From contig CM060731.1 of assembly GCA_030704615.1 (NCBI GenBank), positions 34,596,001-34,660,000 on the forward strand: a DNA stretch of 64,000 bases, written 5' to 3'. Under the pieces are notes generated by a model. The model was given only the letters and a program-made list of their open reading frames with translations. It was not told the origin of the DNA and did not search any database. Positions within the stretch are counted from its first letter, which is position 1; each line of letters starts with the position of its first letter. The stretch comes from Takakia lepidozioides (taxonomy: Eukaryota; Plantae; Bryophyta). This document shows positions 46,785 through 60,500 of the stretch, one piece after another. A program made the position numbers and the translations under genes.

Positions 46785-48050
46785 AAAAGAAAAAAGATGG
46801 TGGGTTAAGCTGACTGTGTGTGGACTATAGGTGGATGAACAAAATGACAATCAAAGAATAAATATCCACTTCCACGCATTGATGATATCTTTGATCATCT
46901 GTATGCGAGTAAGGTCTTTTCCAAACTTGATCTGCGATAAGGTTACCACCAGAAACGAATTAAGGATGCAGATATTCCTAAGACTAGATTCCGATCACGC
47001 TTTGGCCATTATGAATATACGGTAATGCCCTTTGGACTTACCAATGCTCCCACTACGTTCATGCACTTTATGCACTCTCTGTTTCGAAAATGCCTTGGCA
47101 AGATGGTACTTGTCTTCATGGACGACATCCTGGTATTTTCTAAAATAGAAGAAGGGGTCTATATTTTCCATGAGCGATGAGCAGACGAGCCATGAGCCAT
47201 GAGCAAAGTTTTGAAACCAACACCGAAGCAAACCTGAAGCCATATTCCAGGTTCGGATAGGCTCGGGGTATAAGCAAAGCTGAAGGACCAAAGTTATATT
47301 CCTAAATAGAAAGTGTACCACCTATACCCGCGCGGGCCAAACGGAAAATGTACAGCCGGAAGTCTGTGCCGACCTCTAAAAAAAAAATCAAAAAATCAAA
47401 ATTGGGAAGCTGAAGTTTGTGCCAATTTCTCAAAAAATATTTTATATAAAAAAACTGAAAATTAGGAAGCCGGAAGTCTGTGCCGACTTCTCATATAATA
47501 TAATTTAATATAATTTAAAAAAACTGAAAATTAGGAAGCCGGAAGTTTGTGCCGACTTCTCCAAAAAAAAGAAAAAAAAAAGAAAAAAAACCGAAAGTAG
47601 GCAACCTGAAGTCTGTGACGACTTCTCAAAAAAAAAAAAACACGGAAAGTAGGCAACTTGAAGTCTGTGCCGACTTCTCAAAAAAAAGGTACCGACATCC
47701 AAATATGGGGAATTCCCGAACCTAGCTTTGCATCTGAACTTAACCTGATTGATCTATGATGAGGGCAAATCGTGCACTTGTAACACTGAAAAACAGGTTT
47801 GGATGGTCAAAAATCAGGTTCGGATGGTCGAAAACCTGGAAATATTCGCAGAAATATGCGAAAAATATTCCCTTTTGGGGTTCTGCTCATGCTTTTTGGT
47901 GCTCCCTGCTCGTAGAAAAACAACCCCCCAGAAGAAGAGCATGAACAACATTTGAGAATGGTCTTGGATATCTTAAGGTATTGCAAAGAAGAGTAAATGT
48001 GAGTTCTTTGTAGATCATATGGACTATTTGGGATTTCATATCTGAAAGGA
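46785..48050 (+). mobile_element. Ty3/gypsy (chromovirus-like) RT fragment interrupted by a MITE
   Basis: [44 protein letters not shown] and [10 protein letters not shown], resuming as EEEHEQHLRMVL after 47930. Confidence 0.85.
47154..47929. mobile_element. MULE-like non-autonomous element with internal repeats
   Basis: Flanked by the direct repeat AGAAGAA (47147-47153 and 47930-47936). Degenerate GGGG...CCCC TIRs. Six copies of GAAGTCTGTGCCGACTTCTC separated by A-tracts (~47356-47680). Confidence 0.65.
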
Positions 48051-48129
48051 TAACATGACTGGAGTGGCCCAAGGGGACTTGCTAGCCCGAATATACCCTT
48101 TCTCAAGCAAGTCACTCAATTTTTTTCAA

Positions 48130-50354
48130 GTTCTTCAGTTTCTGCAATTGAGTGCCGATAGGATGCCAGCGCAAATGGTACTGAATCAGCCACCAACTTG
48201 ATGGCATGATCAATATCACGTACATGAGGCATTCTAGGGATTTCCTCAGGAAACGTATCCCTATATTCATTCAGAACTGCTTATGTTTTGACATGCACTC
48301 CTATACTTTCAGTACCTGATCCAAACACACTTTCATGCACACTCAGGGCAAAAATCTGACCATTTCTCTTACGCGCACACCTTTTCATCTGAACAATAGA
48401 CATCATGGGAACATTGGGGAGAGCTCGAGTACCTTTTAATTCAAAGGTTTTGCCAGAGGGTAAGGTATCGCTCACCAACCCACGCTTGCAAGCCACCACC
48501 GCATCCACAGTGTCGAGCTATTGCATCCCCAGAATGCAGTCGTAGCAAGCGCCGTTCCAGACTTCAAAATTTACCTTCGTGTGCACCCCTTGCAGACAAC
48601 TGGCATAGCTGAAAGATGCTATTGTGTGGTCTCCACCCCACCATTTGGTAGCATAATCTGAGATGGCTGCACCTCCTCCTGGGATAATCCCAACTTGTCT
48701 GCAAAGGATTTTGATACCATGTTGTGGGTGCTGCTAGTGTCAATCAACAACATTGTTGGTTTTCCCACCGTCTGTCCTTGAACTCGAATAACATTGTGGT
48801 TGTAGGCCACTCCACCATCGACAACTGCAGCTGACACCCTCATATTGGGGCCCTTTCGAGTGGCAGATCCTACACAATTTCCGAGGTTTGTAATAGTTAC
48901 AGGCTCCACCAGTTCTTCCACTACCAAGGTTGCAGTTTGTCGGAACTGGCGTTCAGGACAATATGCTCATCGATGGCTGGGCTTGTGACAATTGAAGCAA
49001 AGCCCCTTCCTGAGATGTTCTTCTTGTTCCCTGGGACTTAGACGCGGTGGATTACCAACAATTGTTCTCCGGCTTCCCTTATTTTCATTCTTCTTGTAGG
49101 GCTTAAAACTCTTCCAACTTCCCTTCCTTGCTGGGGTGATCTTGGGAGAGAATGCCATCCTCTTCTTATTCTCCCCTGCACGAGCCGAGTATGCCACTTG
49201 CTCTGCCTTAACCTCACATTCAAAATTGCAAGCTAATCTATAAGCCTCAACTTCTGTGCAGGGATTGTGGGCTTTGACATTATATTTCAAAGAGTCATTC
49301 AAGCCATCCACAAAAAAATCCACCCTGTTTTTAAGAACGACATGATCTCTTTTCGCTTGATAGAAGTCTTACCCACGAACTCAGGCAGCTTCACCATTCG
49401 CTTTATTTTGCGAGTCACATCCTTGCTCCTTCTTGTCTTAAATTCCATGGAGCTCGCATTAGAGTGGGATTCGGCTTGTGATTCATCAAGCAAGGTTCCT
49501 CTAGTCCTCTTTGTAGTAGATCGCTCTTTTGCTGGTGCTAACTTTGAACCTCAGAACGAGTCAGAGCGCCTAAAGCCTCCATCTATGCATTTGATCTCGA
49601 AGGGTTGATTCAACTGATTTTCTTTACGTTGAGAATTTCCAGCATCAGAACGCTCCATCGTAGAACTTCCGTGATGCTCTCTGACCCTAACGATAGGCGA
49701 CTCATGGATCGTAACTGAACTCGTTCCTGCCCCTATCTCTCAACCTAACCTGGCTCTGATACCATTTAATACATCTCTCTCCCTTTTCCAGACTGTGACA
49801 GGGATCAGTGCACCTTTGCAACTTTGCTCTTGATGAAACCTTTTTCACATGCAACCAAACTACTTTCAGATCGTGTCAAAGTCCATTCAGATCCGCACCA
49901 GTGTGACTCGATCACTGAAAGTCTACTCACACCTTAACTATTCTCTGTACACCCATAGGTATCACCACTTCTGGTTCCGACAATAACCAAAGGTCATCTC
50001 TTATCTTTCTGCCAACTAGTTCAAACAGTATGCTGAACTCTATTTACAGAAGCTATGCACAGTTCCAGGGTGCCACACACAGGACCTCCCAACCACCGCA
50101 CCGCGCATTCATAATCCCTACGCATATCAGTACTCGTTCGTCCTTCCTGCAGAGCCCCTCATATCCCCTGTTTGGTTGATCTTCGTCTTCGTTCTTTCTC
50201 AGACAGGTGACCTCTTCGAGGAGTAACCAACACTTGAACCTGTCGGTTTCCAGCACCTGACCATCACATGGCATCTAAGCCAGCTTCTCCCACCTGTCAA
50301 TCAACCAACCCTTCCACCCATAAACCCGTTCTAGTTATGCAGAGTGCCATAACA
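48130..50354 (-). mobile_element. 5' part of a Ty3/gypsy element: LTR, tRNA-iMet PBS, gag and protease remnants
   Basis: PBS TGGTATCAGAGCCA (49764-49751, -). Gag FFVDGL...KGLCFNCHKPSH and protease LLIDTSSTHNMVS. The LTR is approximately 50354-49767. Confidence 0.8.
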
Positions 50355-50374
50355 CACAGCCATTATCTCGAGCT

Positions 50375-51075
50375 ATGGGCGAGGTGACAAATGTTGGACT
50401 AAACCCGACTCCCATGCCTGCTCATAAACTGAGGGAAATTGAGGGTGCTCTGAATATATTAATGCAATACCCTGAAGTTTTACGATTGTTAGCAGGACTA
50501 GAATCAGACATGGAGGATCGAAGAGTCCCTGAGCTTACTATGCTGCCCTTCCCTGAATTTGACATGGGGGATGAGTTCGATGAGTTTTTAGAGATGTTTG
50601 AAATGATCGCAGATGTGAATGGAGTTCCCTCTGTATATAAGATGGGTGCCTTTCGTATGAGTATGAAGGGAGAAGCACGAACACGCTGCTGTTATGGATG
50701 ATGAGAATCTAACCTGGGAGAAATTGGTTCTCTGGGGCCGGAGTTTGTTTCAACCAGTAGAAGGGCCTTTGGGTTGTCTTTCAAAACTCGAGAGACCTGA
50801 CAAAGAAGGAGAGTCGCTCTGGAAGTACTATTTAGATCTGAAACTTGCTGCCTTAGAAATGATTAGCGATGTACCTAGTATACTAGACAGTATGCTCCGT
50901 TTTTATTTTCTGCGCGGTTTGCCTTCGGAAATGCAAGGACGGGGTTTATACTTCCTGCAGGGTTTGCCTTCAAACGTAAACAGAAGTATGGGCTCAGCGA
51001 CCATACTTCCAAGTCAAATGAGTTGATGGTCGAAGAAGTCAGGCTGCGGTTCAAATATCTTGCTGAAAGCAAGTC
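50375..51075 (+). mobile_element. Retrotransposon gag (capsid) remnant
   Basis: FDEFLEMFEMIA...MKGEAR...LTWEKL...EGESLWKYY...FYFLRGLP, with a frameshift near 50695. Confidence 0.6.
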
Positions 51076-51489
51076 TAGACAACGCCATGTTGAGTTTCAG
51101 ACCTCACTAATGAGTGTGCATGATGAAAGCGACAGGGATATGGTAGCGCCCTATGTTCCACCTGCTCTATAAGTGCAGAAAGATTCTGCTGTGGATCTCC
51201 TGCCCTCTCCAGTGGATAGATTGGCTGACGGGTGCCACGGCATCCATAAATTTGGTAGATTTTTCTTTGTGTTTTCCTGATGGCCAGGAACACAAAGTCC
51301 TTTGCCTTTAAAGTCTGTGAAGATTATAACCGGGAGTGTCTCTACCGAGTCAGGGCTCTTGTGGCAGAGGTCAAGGTGGGCTGACTAGTTCTATACATTC
51401 ATGCCTGAGCTCAACCAACTCTATCAGTGGTATGTCCCAAGTCTATCAGCAGACGAGTCCTTACATCGTGGTTCCTAAGAACAGTTACT

Positions 51490-53640
51490 TGATTTGAGAC
51501 AATTGGTACATACAGATGATGTTATTGGATGAATCAGATATATAGAGTGTAGTGACCTTATGGACCGCATGGTGGACTAAATGAGAAGGTCAACAATGCA
51601 TGATCTGCATGTAGCTGTGTTTTGGTTCAGTGGAAGAGCAAGGCTCGTAAGGATATGTACAACACCTAGATTTTGTCTGCAAATCTGATAATGGGCAGAC
51701 ATCTCCTGAATACCAAAAAAAGTGCATGTACTCATAAGACGTTGTTTGCCGTAGCCTTGTGGCCATTCTCCTGAATACAGATGATTTGAAAACCAAACCA
51801 CACACCTGTACATGAATGAAACCATGTATGTGAGCTGGTTTCTGTAAAGAGATACCTTTCCTTTCCTCTTGCTTCCATTTTCACATGCAGCTTCTCTATA
51901 GCAGCTAGGCACAGAGTACCAGAAGTGAAGAAGATCAGGTTTGTGTTTGGGTTTAATGTCAGACCAATAGTTAAGTCAGCAGACAGATACATTGTGCACT
52001 CTCACTGCCAAAAAATGTACCGGAAGCTTGAAGGCAATAGTGGCTTGCCAACAACTACTTTGGCAAACTGGCACCAAATCACCACCTTAAGGTCCTGTTT
52101 GAACATGGGCTTCTGCGTGTTTGCTCCCCTGGACACGCCAAACATGTTCCATGGCATTCCCATCCAACCCTTTTCAGAGCTTCCACGTATCTTGGGACTC
52201 GCATCATTTTATCGCGACTATATAGATGCAGAAGCTTTCTTAATCAGTGATCTTCTTTCTGCATTTTTGGCATATATATATTTAAGCAATGTACAGCCAT
52301 AGCATTCAGTTCTCTTCTCTTCATAACTGCGTATACATTAGTTACCAAGGTTAGGATTGCCAACTCATTAGATCAAATGAACCGTGAACCCACAAAAGCT
52401 AATGACAATTGGAGGATAGGCACCCGTGGAAGAGATGCTAAAAATACAACAGAGAGGAAGATTTAACTTTAGTTGATGAAATGTCTTCTGGGAAGGCAAG
52501 TGAGCATCCCATAACACAAATATCCTCTAAAGACTGGCAGGCCATACAGCCCCAGCTGACCAAATGATTTCGTCTTATCTGCCTGCATGATTGCCACATC
52601 AGAGGAACTAGGGAATCACCAGTCATGAAGCAGGTTACAGGTCTGCCACAAGTGGTGACTTGCTTTTTGACCAGCACCCTTCAGCTATGGAGTGGTGGAA
52701 ATGTGCTTTTGCACGTTCCACCATCCACAAAGAAGTCTCAAAAGTTTACAAAGCAAATTAAGGCTGAAACTAGAACCAACCCTCCTATCATTAGAGTGAA
52801 AATTCAGAGCAGAAAGCTGACCACTGACGCTGCATATGGCATGTTTGCAAGACTGTGTGCAAGAGAAGGTAAGAAACAATGCGCAAATTCCAAGGTGCAT
52901 GCGTACCAAAAGACAAAATGCAAGAATGGCTGACCACCTTTGTTTGCAATCACCTCACACCCCAAGACTCCCTTTATCAGCATCCTTCTATATGTATACT
53001 TTTCTTGCACATCCACCTCACACATCTTTTTTGCAATGTGACCATCTGACTGATGTATCTCTGTCACGTCGACCGTGATTGCTAATCTAGTTTGAAAGAA
53101 AACCGACCAGCCTTCCATGAGTTTGTGCTTGCAGGGGTCTCACATGCAGTTGCAAGAGCAGAAGGCCACAATTGCCAGCAAAACCAAACCAACAGGCTGG
53201 TATGGATGAACCGAGAATATCTTCGAAGCACAAACTTAAACCTTGAATCAACAAGGTCAACAAATCTCGTGCCCATAGAAGCCAAAAAAAAAAAGTAAAC
53301 CAAAACCAGAGCACATCAGGGCACAGGGCTGTTTCTTGTGCAAGCATTGGACATGGTATTTAAGAGCATTACCGTGGATGAAATAAGGCCTACTCTGCGA
53401 ACCCCAGCAGTGATGCCAATCCTGCACCCACAATTTGCTTGCTTTACCACCCTTGTAGAATGAACCTAGATTTCATCTTCCATATTATTCTCTCTCAAGG
53501 CTCTAATTTCCTACAAGTTTTTGTTCCATTCCCTAGCCTCATTCTTTCTTCAACATCCTCACCAGGTTATTCTTCTCCAGCGCCAATAACATGCTTTAAG
53601 CACAAGCAGTACAAGTCAACAATGCAACTCAAGTGAAATC
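51490..53640 (-). pseudogene. Decayed partial duplicate of the sterol C14-reductase gene
   Basis: Colinear similarity to ~20690-25155, with large deletions. Remnants include exon 11 (RGANTQKPMFKQD, ~52140-52025), exon 4 (~52955-52905) and exon 3 (~53425-53373), plus intron sequence. Confidence 0.85.
51714..51766 (-). mobile_element. 53-bp, extremely 5'-truncated LINE insertion with a 12-bp TSD
   Basis: 41 bp (51727-51767) are identical to the LINE 3' end at 14447-14487. Flanked by TCTCCTGAATAC at 51702-51713 and 51767-51778. Confidence 0.8.
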
Positions 53641-54936
53641 CTTTGTGCTCCAAACCGTAATTGCTGGACAATTTTGTATTTAGATATCCCACTGAAATGG
53701 GGAGATGGGCAGGGGGCTTGGGAGATGGGGCACTTGGATTCTGCCACTCCATTGAGATGCTCGATGCCGTCATCCAGGATACTGTGTTCCAACAGCGGAA
53801 CAGTGAAACATGCTGATACATAGCTCTGGAGCTGTTGATCTGTGGATGGCATTTGAAGCAAAGAAATTGTGCTTGGTAGGATTCACGGAGAGTGGACAGG
53901 GGGCTTGGACATGGGGCATTTGGGTTCTGCCACTCTTGAGACGTCTGACATCCAGCCTACTGTACTCCAACAGGGCCGGAAAGGTGCCCTTCTGTCCGGT
54001 TTTCCAGCATACAGAGTTGTTGGAATGAGGACAGTAAGTAGGTTGTGGCTCAGTCACTCTTACGCTGCCTGCTTCCAGGTGCACACTGTGATGTATGTTG
54101 AGATGGTATTGCTTATATAATCTGTAGAGGAAAACTGGTTACTTCGTCTGCTTCTCTAGCAAGATGTCAGTGACTTCGACTAGTATTGCAAACTGGCAAT
54201 CTGGGGCTGCTCATACCACAATGCACTTGCACCAGGCTCGGCAATATACTTTTGGCTTATGACCTTTGCTGAACCTATCATTATGAGGCTTTTGCAATGT
54301 AGCTCCCCTTCTTACCACCCTTTACGGGGATTTGCTTTTATTGGCAATGGGAGAAGTTTTCTTGAACCCCTGGATCTGAACTTGTCATGCTGGAGAGAGT
54401 ATGGCCAATTCGTTTGTAAAAGATCCCACATTTGCACTGGACTCTAGTGCAGATCTGCAAATTTCAGCTTTTGGAAATACATAGTGGAAACACTGTAACT
54501 GTACCATAGCTTAGATGCAAATCTACAGATGTAGTTGATCCTTTCTCACATTGAAAGCATGCATGTTGAAACTTATCTCCAGCCTGGGTTTGCATACTCA
54601 CATACAAATTTTGCATACTTCTTCACAGTTGCACTATCTGACTTTGTTCGCTTGATTGGACACGGGAGGCGGACTATGCGCTCCTGTACGTGAAAGAAGA
54701 TGTCGACCTTTGGACATTGTACCCAGCACAATGTTGAGATCTGTTCAAGTAGCTAATCATTCAAGGTTGTAGTCTAAAGGCCAGGCAATAAGTCATACCG
54801 TCGTGTACATTGTACTGGTGAACTGTACATATAAGTCCGGAGTTACTCTGTTATGTATGCAAAAAGCTGAGGCTCAAAGCACGCATAACTGATCATGATG
54901 GGAAAAGCCCACAACCCCTGACTTCAGTTCAGATAC

Positions 54937-56967
54937 TTAGAACTCCATCTCTTGGCGCTCAACCCAAAACTTTCCTGAAGGCCCTCCAGGACGCTGGAGA
55001 GCTAGCCACACACCAGTCTCAGCACCTTCACTAGCTGTGCGCACGATCATTCCGGGTGGCGGATCCACCGACTCAGTCATATCTGTTATAGTAAACCCGG
55101 GACAGTAACTGTTGACGACGATGCTCTCGCCTTGCGGTCGGCCAGAGAGGGCGCGGTGCAATATGCTCACGTACGCATTCACCGCAATCTTCGAAACAGC
55201 ATACGCTGCTATATAACTCAGGGGCCATCCCTTCTCCTTCAATGCCGACGTCCCAGTTCTCACATCTTGGAGAAAATCATCAATGAACTTGTTGACAGTG
55301 GCTTCTTCGATGTGTTCACGATCAGCAAGCTCTTCACGATACTTGTTTGTCAAGTACTGAGAGGCAGACAAGAAACAATGTTTTACAAAACTAAGCCGCT
55401 GTACATACTACTGCAAGCACTATGTAAACTTGTCTTCTCCAGAAGAATATCCATGTGAGGGGAAAAATATAAATCAATTTCACAGTGTCTGAGAGGGAGA
55501 CCTGAAGCAGGCCAACTCGTGAAGCGACCACCACAATGCGAGCACCAGCCTTAGAGTGTCGTAGAATTGGGAGCAAGGCTTCTGTTACGAGCTTGACACC
55601 GTCATAGTTGGTCCTTATGACACCTTCTGCATCCTCTACAGTCGCAGGTTTGAAGATCCCAGCGTTATTTACCTGCCCACAACAGAATGTATGGTCAGTT
55701 TCTCGACTTCCAACAAACGACCAGTACTCCACCCCCCTCCTTTGCCCCCAGTATGTAACTTCTTTAATAGTTATTGTCAGTGTTTAAAATGTCGCGTCTG
55801 TCTATGTAAGTGTCTAATCTCTTCTTGTCTGCCTGATGTTACTACGAGGGACAGGATCCCAGCTATAAGACGCCCTCTGAATTGGGAATTTATCACGAAG
55901 CTCACCAGGATATCAATACCACCATAAGTGTCGCGAAGCCATTTTGCCAGTGTCCGTGCAGAATCTTCGCTAGTGACATCAAGAAGATGGAAAGCAACCT
56001 GCTGTAGCCCTTCCTCTTTCAAAGCTTCAAGGGCCTTCAGGCCACGATGTTTATCGCGCGCAGTCAGAACTGTGGTGATCCCATTTTCCGCCAATTGACG
56101 TGCGATCTCGAAGCCTATGCCCTTGTTGGCCCCCGTCACCACTGCCACTGTGTCCTTGGACCACCACCTCACTCTACATGCATACGAAGTATCCACATGT
56201 CAGATCAGTTATGTAAGAATCGAGTACAAAGGTTATCTAGAGGTACATTCAAATACATCGAGCAAGGACCACATACGAAGAAATTCAACATTGGAGAGTA
56301 GCGTGGGTCTGAGGAGTATATAATCTATGTTGAACAGTATAGCTGGTCCATACATTTGGTTATCCTCAAAATATTCCTCCGAACAGAATTTTGACATGTA
56401 TACATAAGTTTCACCAGAACTACCGCACTGTATGGATCCGCACGATCCAAGTCGATTATGAAAAAAATCTCACAGGAAACTAGCTGTACATGTAGAGTGA
56501 AAATGACCTGACCTCTACTCCTCGGACTCTTAAATCACTCAAGCACTTCGCAATTACACAATTGCTCGAATTTTGAGATGTATACATAATTTTCACCAGA
56601 ACTACCACACTGCATGGATCCGCACTATCCAAAATCTATGAGAAAATCTCACTGGAAACTAGCTGTATGTACAGTTAAATGACCTGACCGAGCTACTCCT
56701 GGGACTCTTCAATCACTCAAACACTTCGCAATACCACAGGAGCACTACAGCCTCGACCCACTCCTCTCCCTGATACAGTCCAAATCTAATATCTAGATCG
56801 ACTCCATGTACAACCATCATCTCAACACCGCTACAGAGAGACAAGACATGGAATTCAATGCAATCGAAAGTCCACAGTTCGCCTACGCATCGCCTACTCA
56901 AAGGCGATACTTGGAAGAGCGGGATGAGAGTCGAGCAGACTTACTCATCTGACACAGTACGGTCCAT
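54937..56967 (-). CDS. Carbonyl-reductase / neomenthol-dehydrogenase-like SDR, copy 2, intact (293 aa)
   Basis: Exons 56967-56945, 56173-55906, 55672-55502 and 55356-54937 sum to an open 882-nt frame. Motifs TGANKGIG, DILVNNAG, VVVAS, YAVSK and VNSYCPG are present. Confidence 0.9.
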
Positions 56968-57569
56968 GATACTTTCCTCCCCGTGATCAATTCCAAGCTG
57001 CTCTTTGCTTTGCTCGCCCTTGTGCGACTGCAATCTACGCTCTCCTTTCTCTCTCTCTCTCTCTCTCTCTCTATGTCAGTATCATGAACCTCCGAATCGG
57101 GGTTTACAGGCGGGACCTGGACTGTATGCACGAGCCATGTTCGCACGTGTAATGAGTAGTTACCAGGGCGGCTTCGCCTGTGAATTGTGTGTAGCCTCGA
57201 CACAATGGCCCTTCGTAGGGTCCCGCCAAGGTGCCAATATTAGTAGCCACGTCGTAACAATGACGTTGCCTTCCTTGTCCCCGCCGCAAGCTTGCCGGAC
57301 CAGGATTTCTTAGTCAGAGAAGATGGCACCTTACGCCGCGGAAGCTTCCTCCTCTCCAGGAGTAGGAGAGGAAGCACCTTGCGTCGCGCACAAGGTTCCG
57401 GATCTTGTAAACCGTCCAATCAAGGAATCCGCAGCCATCAAAATGCATCGTACTAGCCGCATCCGAGGGCACACCCTAAACAAAATGAAAATGGTGGATG
57501 CTATGAACAAATTGCGGAGTGAGTCGCCCCACATTGTATATTATGTGCAATATTCTTGAATTTGTGAAT

Positions 57570-60500
57570 TGTTTTTAAATTTAATAAAACGGGATTAAGA
57601 CCAGTGTTGGACTGGTATCAAGTTTTTTACATACCAGACTGGTCCTGGTATCAGACGTATCACAAAACTTTCATACCAGTCTTGTCTATATAATGGTGGA
57701 TGTATTTTATTTCCAGATACTCGTATAAATATGAGTATCATGACCCCAATACCAGCTGGTATGATATCAACTCTGGTATCATTCCAAAGCCATCTTGAGT
57801 TACAGATTTATCAAATGGCAAATATCAAGTAAAGTATACATAACGAAATAAAATATACTTAAATACAAATATATAAGCATATGTACACATAAATTAATTT
57901 AATATACATACCAGAGTAAATGAGGAAGACAGTGGGGGAGTACTCGTATTGTGGCTGGTATGAAAGAACTGATACCAGACTGGTCTGGTATATGACCAAG
58001 TATTCCCCCAAATGATATCAGACTGGTCTGGTATCTAATACCAGTGCATATACCACTATTATATACCAGTCCTTCACATATATACTTCCAACACTGATTA
58101 AGACCCGGAAGTATATTAAAAAGGAGAAGAGATATAAGAGGAAAAAATAGTCTCTGGGGCCGTGAAGGCGTGAGCACATGGGGAACATCCCGGAGGGAAA
58201 CACAAGGGGGAAGGGAGATTGACGGAGTAAACCGACGAAACTGGAGGGTGCTCTAGGTGTGCAAGGAAAGGTACCAAAGCCACACTGAAAAAAGATAACA
58301 ACCGAAACTGGAGGGAGCTCTAGCTGTGCAAAGAAAGGTACCAGAGCCACATTGATGAAAGAAAACATCCGAAGCTGGTGAAAAACGGGGGGGACTGGGG
58401 CAGTGAACAGTCTTCCCCTGCAAGAGGTAATGCATCGAAATGATATGGTAGCAAAGGAGGATGGTTACTCCAAGACGGGGAATCTGGGAAAACTACAAGT
58501 CCTCTGGTAAGGATTGAGTAAGAAAACCAGAGATGATGAGGGAACCAAGTAGCATAGAGATTAGGATCAGGGCTTCAAGCTAATAACAGTAGCTATCCGA
58601 CAATGGGATCCCACATGGGGTGCAGTAAGATAGCTAACAAGCATCAGTTATGTCTGCTATGAAGTCCAATTGTGTCCTTGCTTTAGGAATTCTTAGTTTG
58701 CGGTGCCTCTAGTTCACCTCTACCTCTTCAGAGCCCATCGGAGATTTGCCATTGATCGGGGAAGATGTAGTGCCAGGTAATGGTAGATTCAGAGGTCCTG
58801 GTACAGAGGATGTGTTCTTTCCCCCAGGAGTTATCAAAGAAATTGATGAGTTCTTGCCTCTTCCTCTCACTGCACCTGCCACAAGCATAGGCAGGGGGTC
58901 GGCAGATCGAGCGGAGGGAGACCGCCCATGGGGGCTGATTACCAAGGATGACTCTGCCGCATTAGCCATGGCCATAAGGTCGTCTTCTCCCTTAGAAAGT
59001 GTATGCGCAGGAGCAGTGCCACGATCTGCTCCCAAGATAGCATCCACAATTGCAAACCCCGCTCTCAATAATGCCTTGCTTTGGATGACACCCACGTCCA
59101 AGGGGTGTGTGTCCTTTAAGGTGCTCTTGTGTATCCAAGCGCTATGAGCCACCTCAGAGTGGGGACGTAAGACTTCATCAACTGCCAACACACGGAGCAC
59201 ATGGACGGTGGTGTAGTCATGTTCAGGGGTGTTCTCCACAAAAGCTCCAAAGTGTGCCCACTACATCTTGGGATAATTGAAACTGAAAGCACTTTGTAGC
59301 AAAAATCTCCCTGGTCACCCAAAGCACCATATCCACCTCTTGTCTTGCATGAAACATCGCGGCCACCTTTGTTGAAACCCACGAGCCGACAATCCCTTTT
59401 ATCTCCACCCAACAGACAAAGAGCAGGGGGCCGTCCTTGCGCTTATAAATGCTCGGGGAGATATGAATTGCAGCCGAGCTCTTTACATCTGCGTTCTCGG
59501 GAGACCACTGTCCCAATGAGAGCCCATCGAAGGATCTGAGGGCTAGACAGTTGGTAGCCAAGTTAACGATTGGAGCTTCCATAGCATCTAGGTAGTCACA
59601 AGACGGAAATGTAGCAGGGGGGTACTCCAACGGGGTGGGGCTTCTTCCCGGACGGGGGAGTAGCACCAACTTGGGGCGTCCCACTGGCGAAGACACTCCT
59701 GGGGAGGATATCCTCTTGCGCTTCTGAGTTCTACCCGCCGAGGAGGGGGATGCAGAGACAGCCGAACTGCACTGGGCTCGTGACGGACGGGGGGAGGGGA
59801 TCTTCCCAGTCTCCACTGCCACTTCTTCCAATATTGCCTCTGGCTGAGAAGAGTCCATCGTCGCGGATCTGCGAGCAGACTTGCCTTTCCCGGCATGCGG
59901 ACACTCCGATTTGACGTGACCTTCGCCATTACATGCGAAACAGATCACTTTTAGAATTTTTTCCTTAATGAGAACAGAGATGTGTGAACCATCAAGGGTG
60001 GGAAGCTTAATGCTTTTAGCAATTCTTGAGCCTTCTGGCATCATGACCACTACTTTAGGAACCCCTCCTTCTGTAGTGGTCTCAGGAGCCATATTCTCTT
60101 TTACCACTATCAGAGGTTCTCCATCCCCCGGAGCCGAGACATTCAGAGATCCGATGTAGGAGCCGAAATGTAATCCGATCTCTGGCAGAGAAGCGAGGTA
60201 GTTGTCAAGCAAATAAGGAAGAGCAATTACTCTCGATTTGTAAGTGACCCTATTTTTATGTCCCCACTCTGGGGACCATGGAAAGAGATTGATTTTGGAT
60301 TTGGCTGCTTGCGACTTTGTCGCCAAGGCTTTCTCTGCATCATCTTTGGTGCTAAACAGCACCGTATCCTTTCCCCATTGAATGACAGAAGTGGTGAGTA
60401 AGCCCACCATCGGGACCAAAGTGTTGCATAATCCATTTGCGCACCCACTTTCTGTCATGAACTCTCCCAGGGAAATGAACAAGAATGCCATACTGGGACA

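Noticed and set aside
47356-47680. Repeat-spacer-like array resembling CRISPR
   Set aside because: The spacers are mutually similar A-tracts of variable length, the repeats are degenerate, no cas genes are present, and the array lies within a TSD-flanked MITE in a eukaryotic genome.
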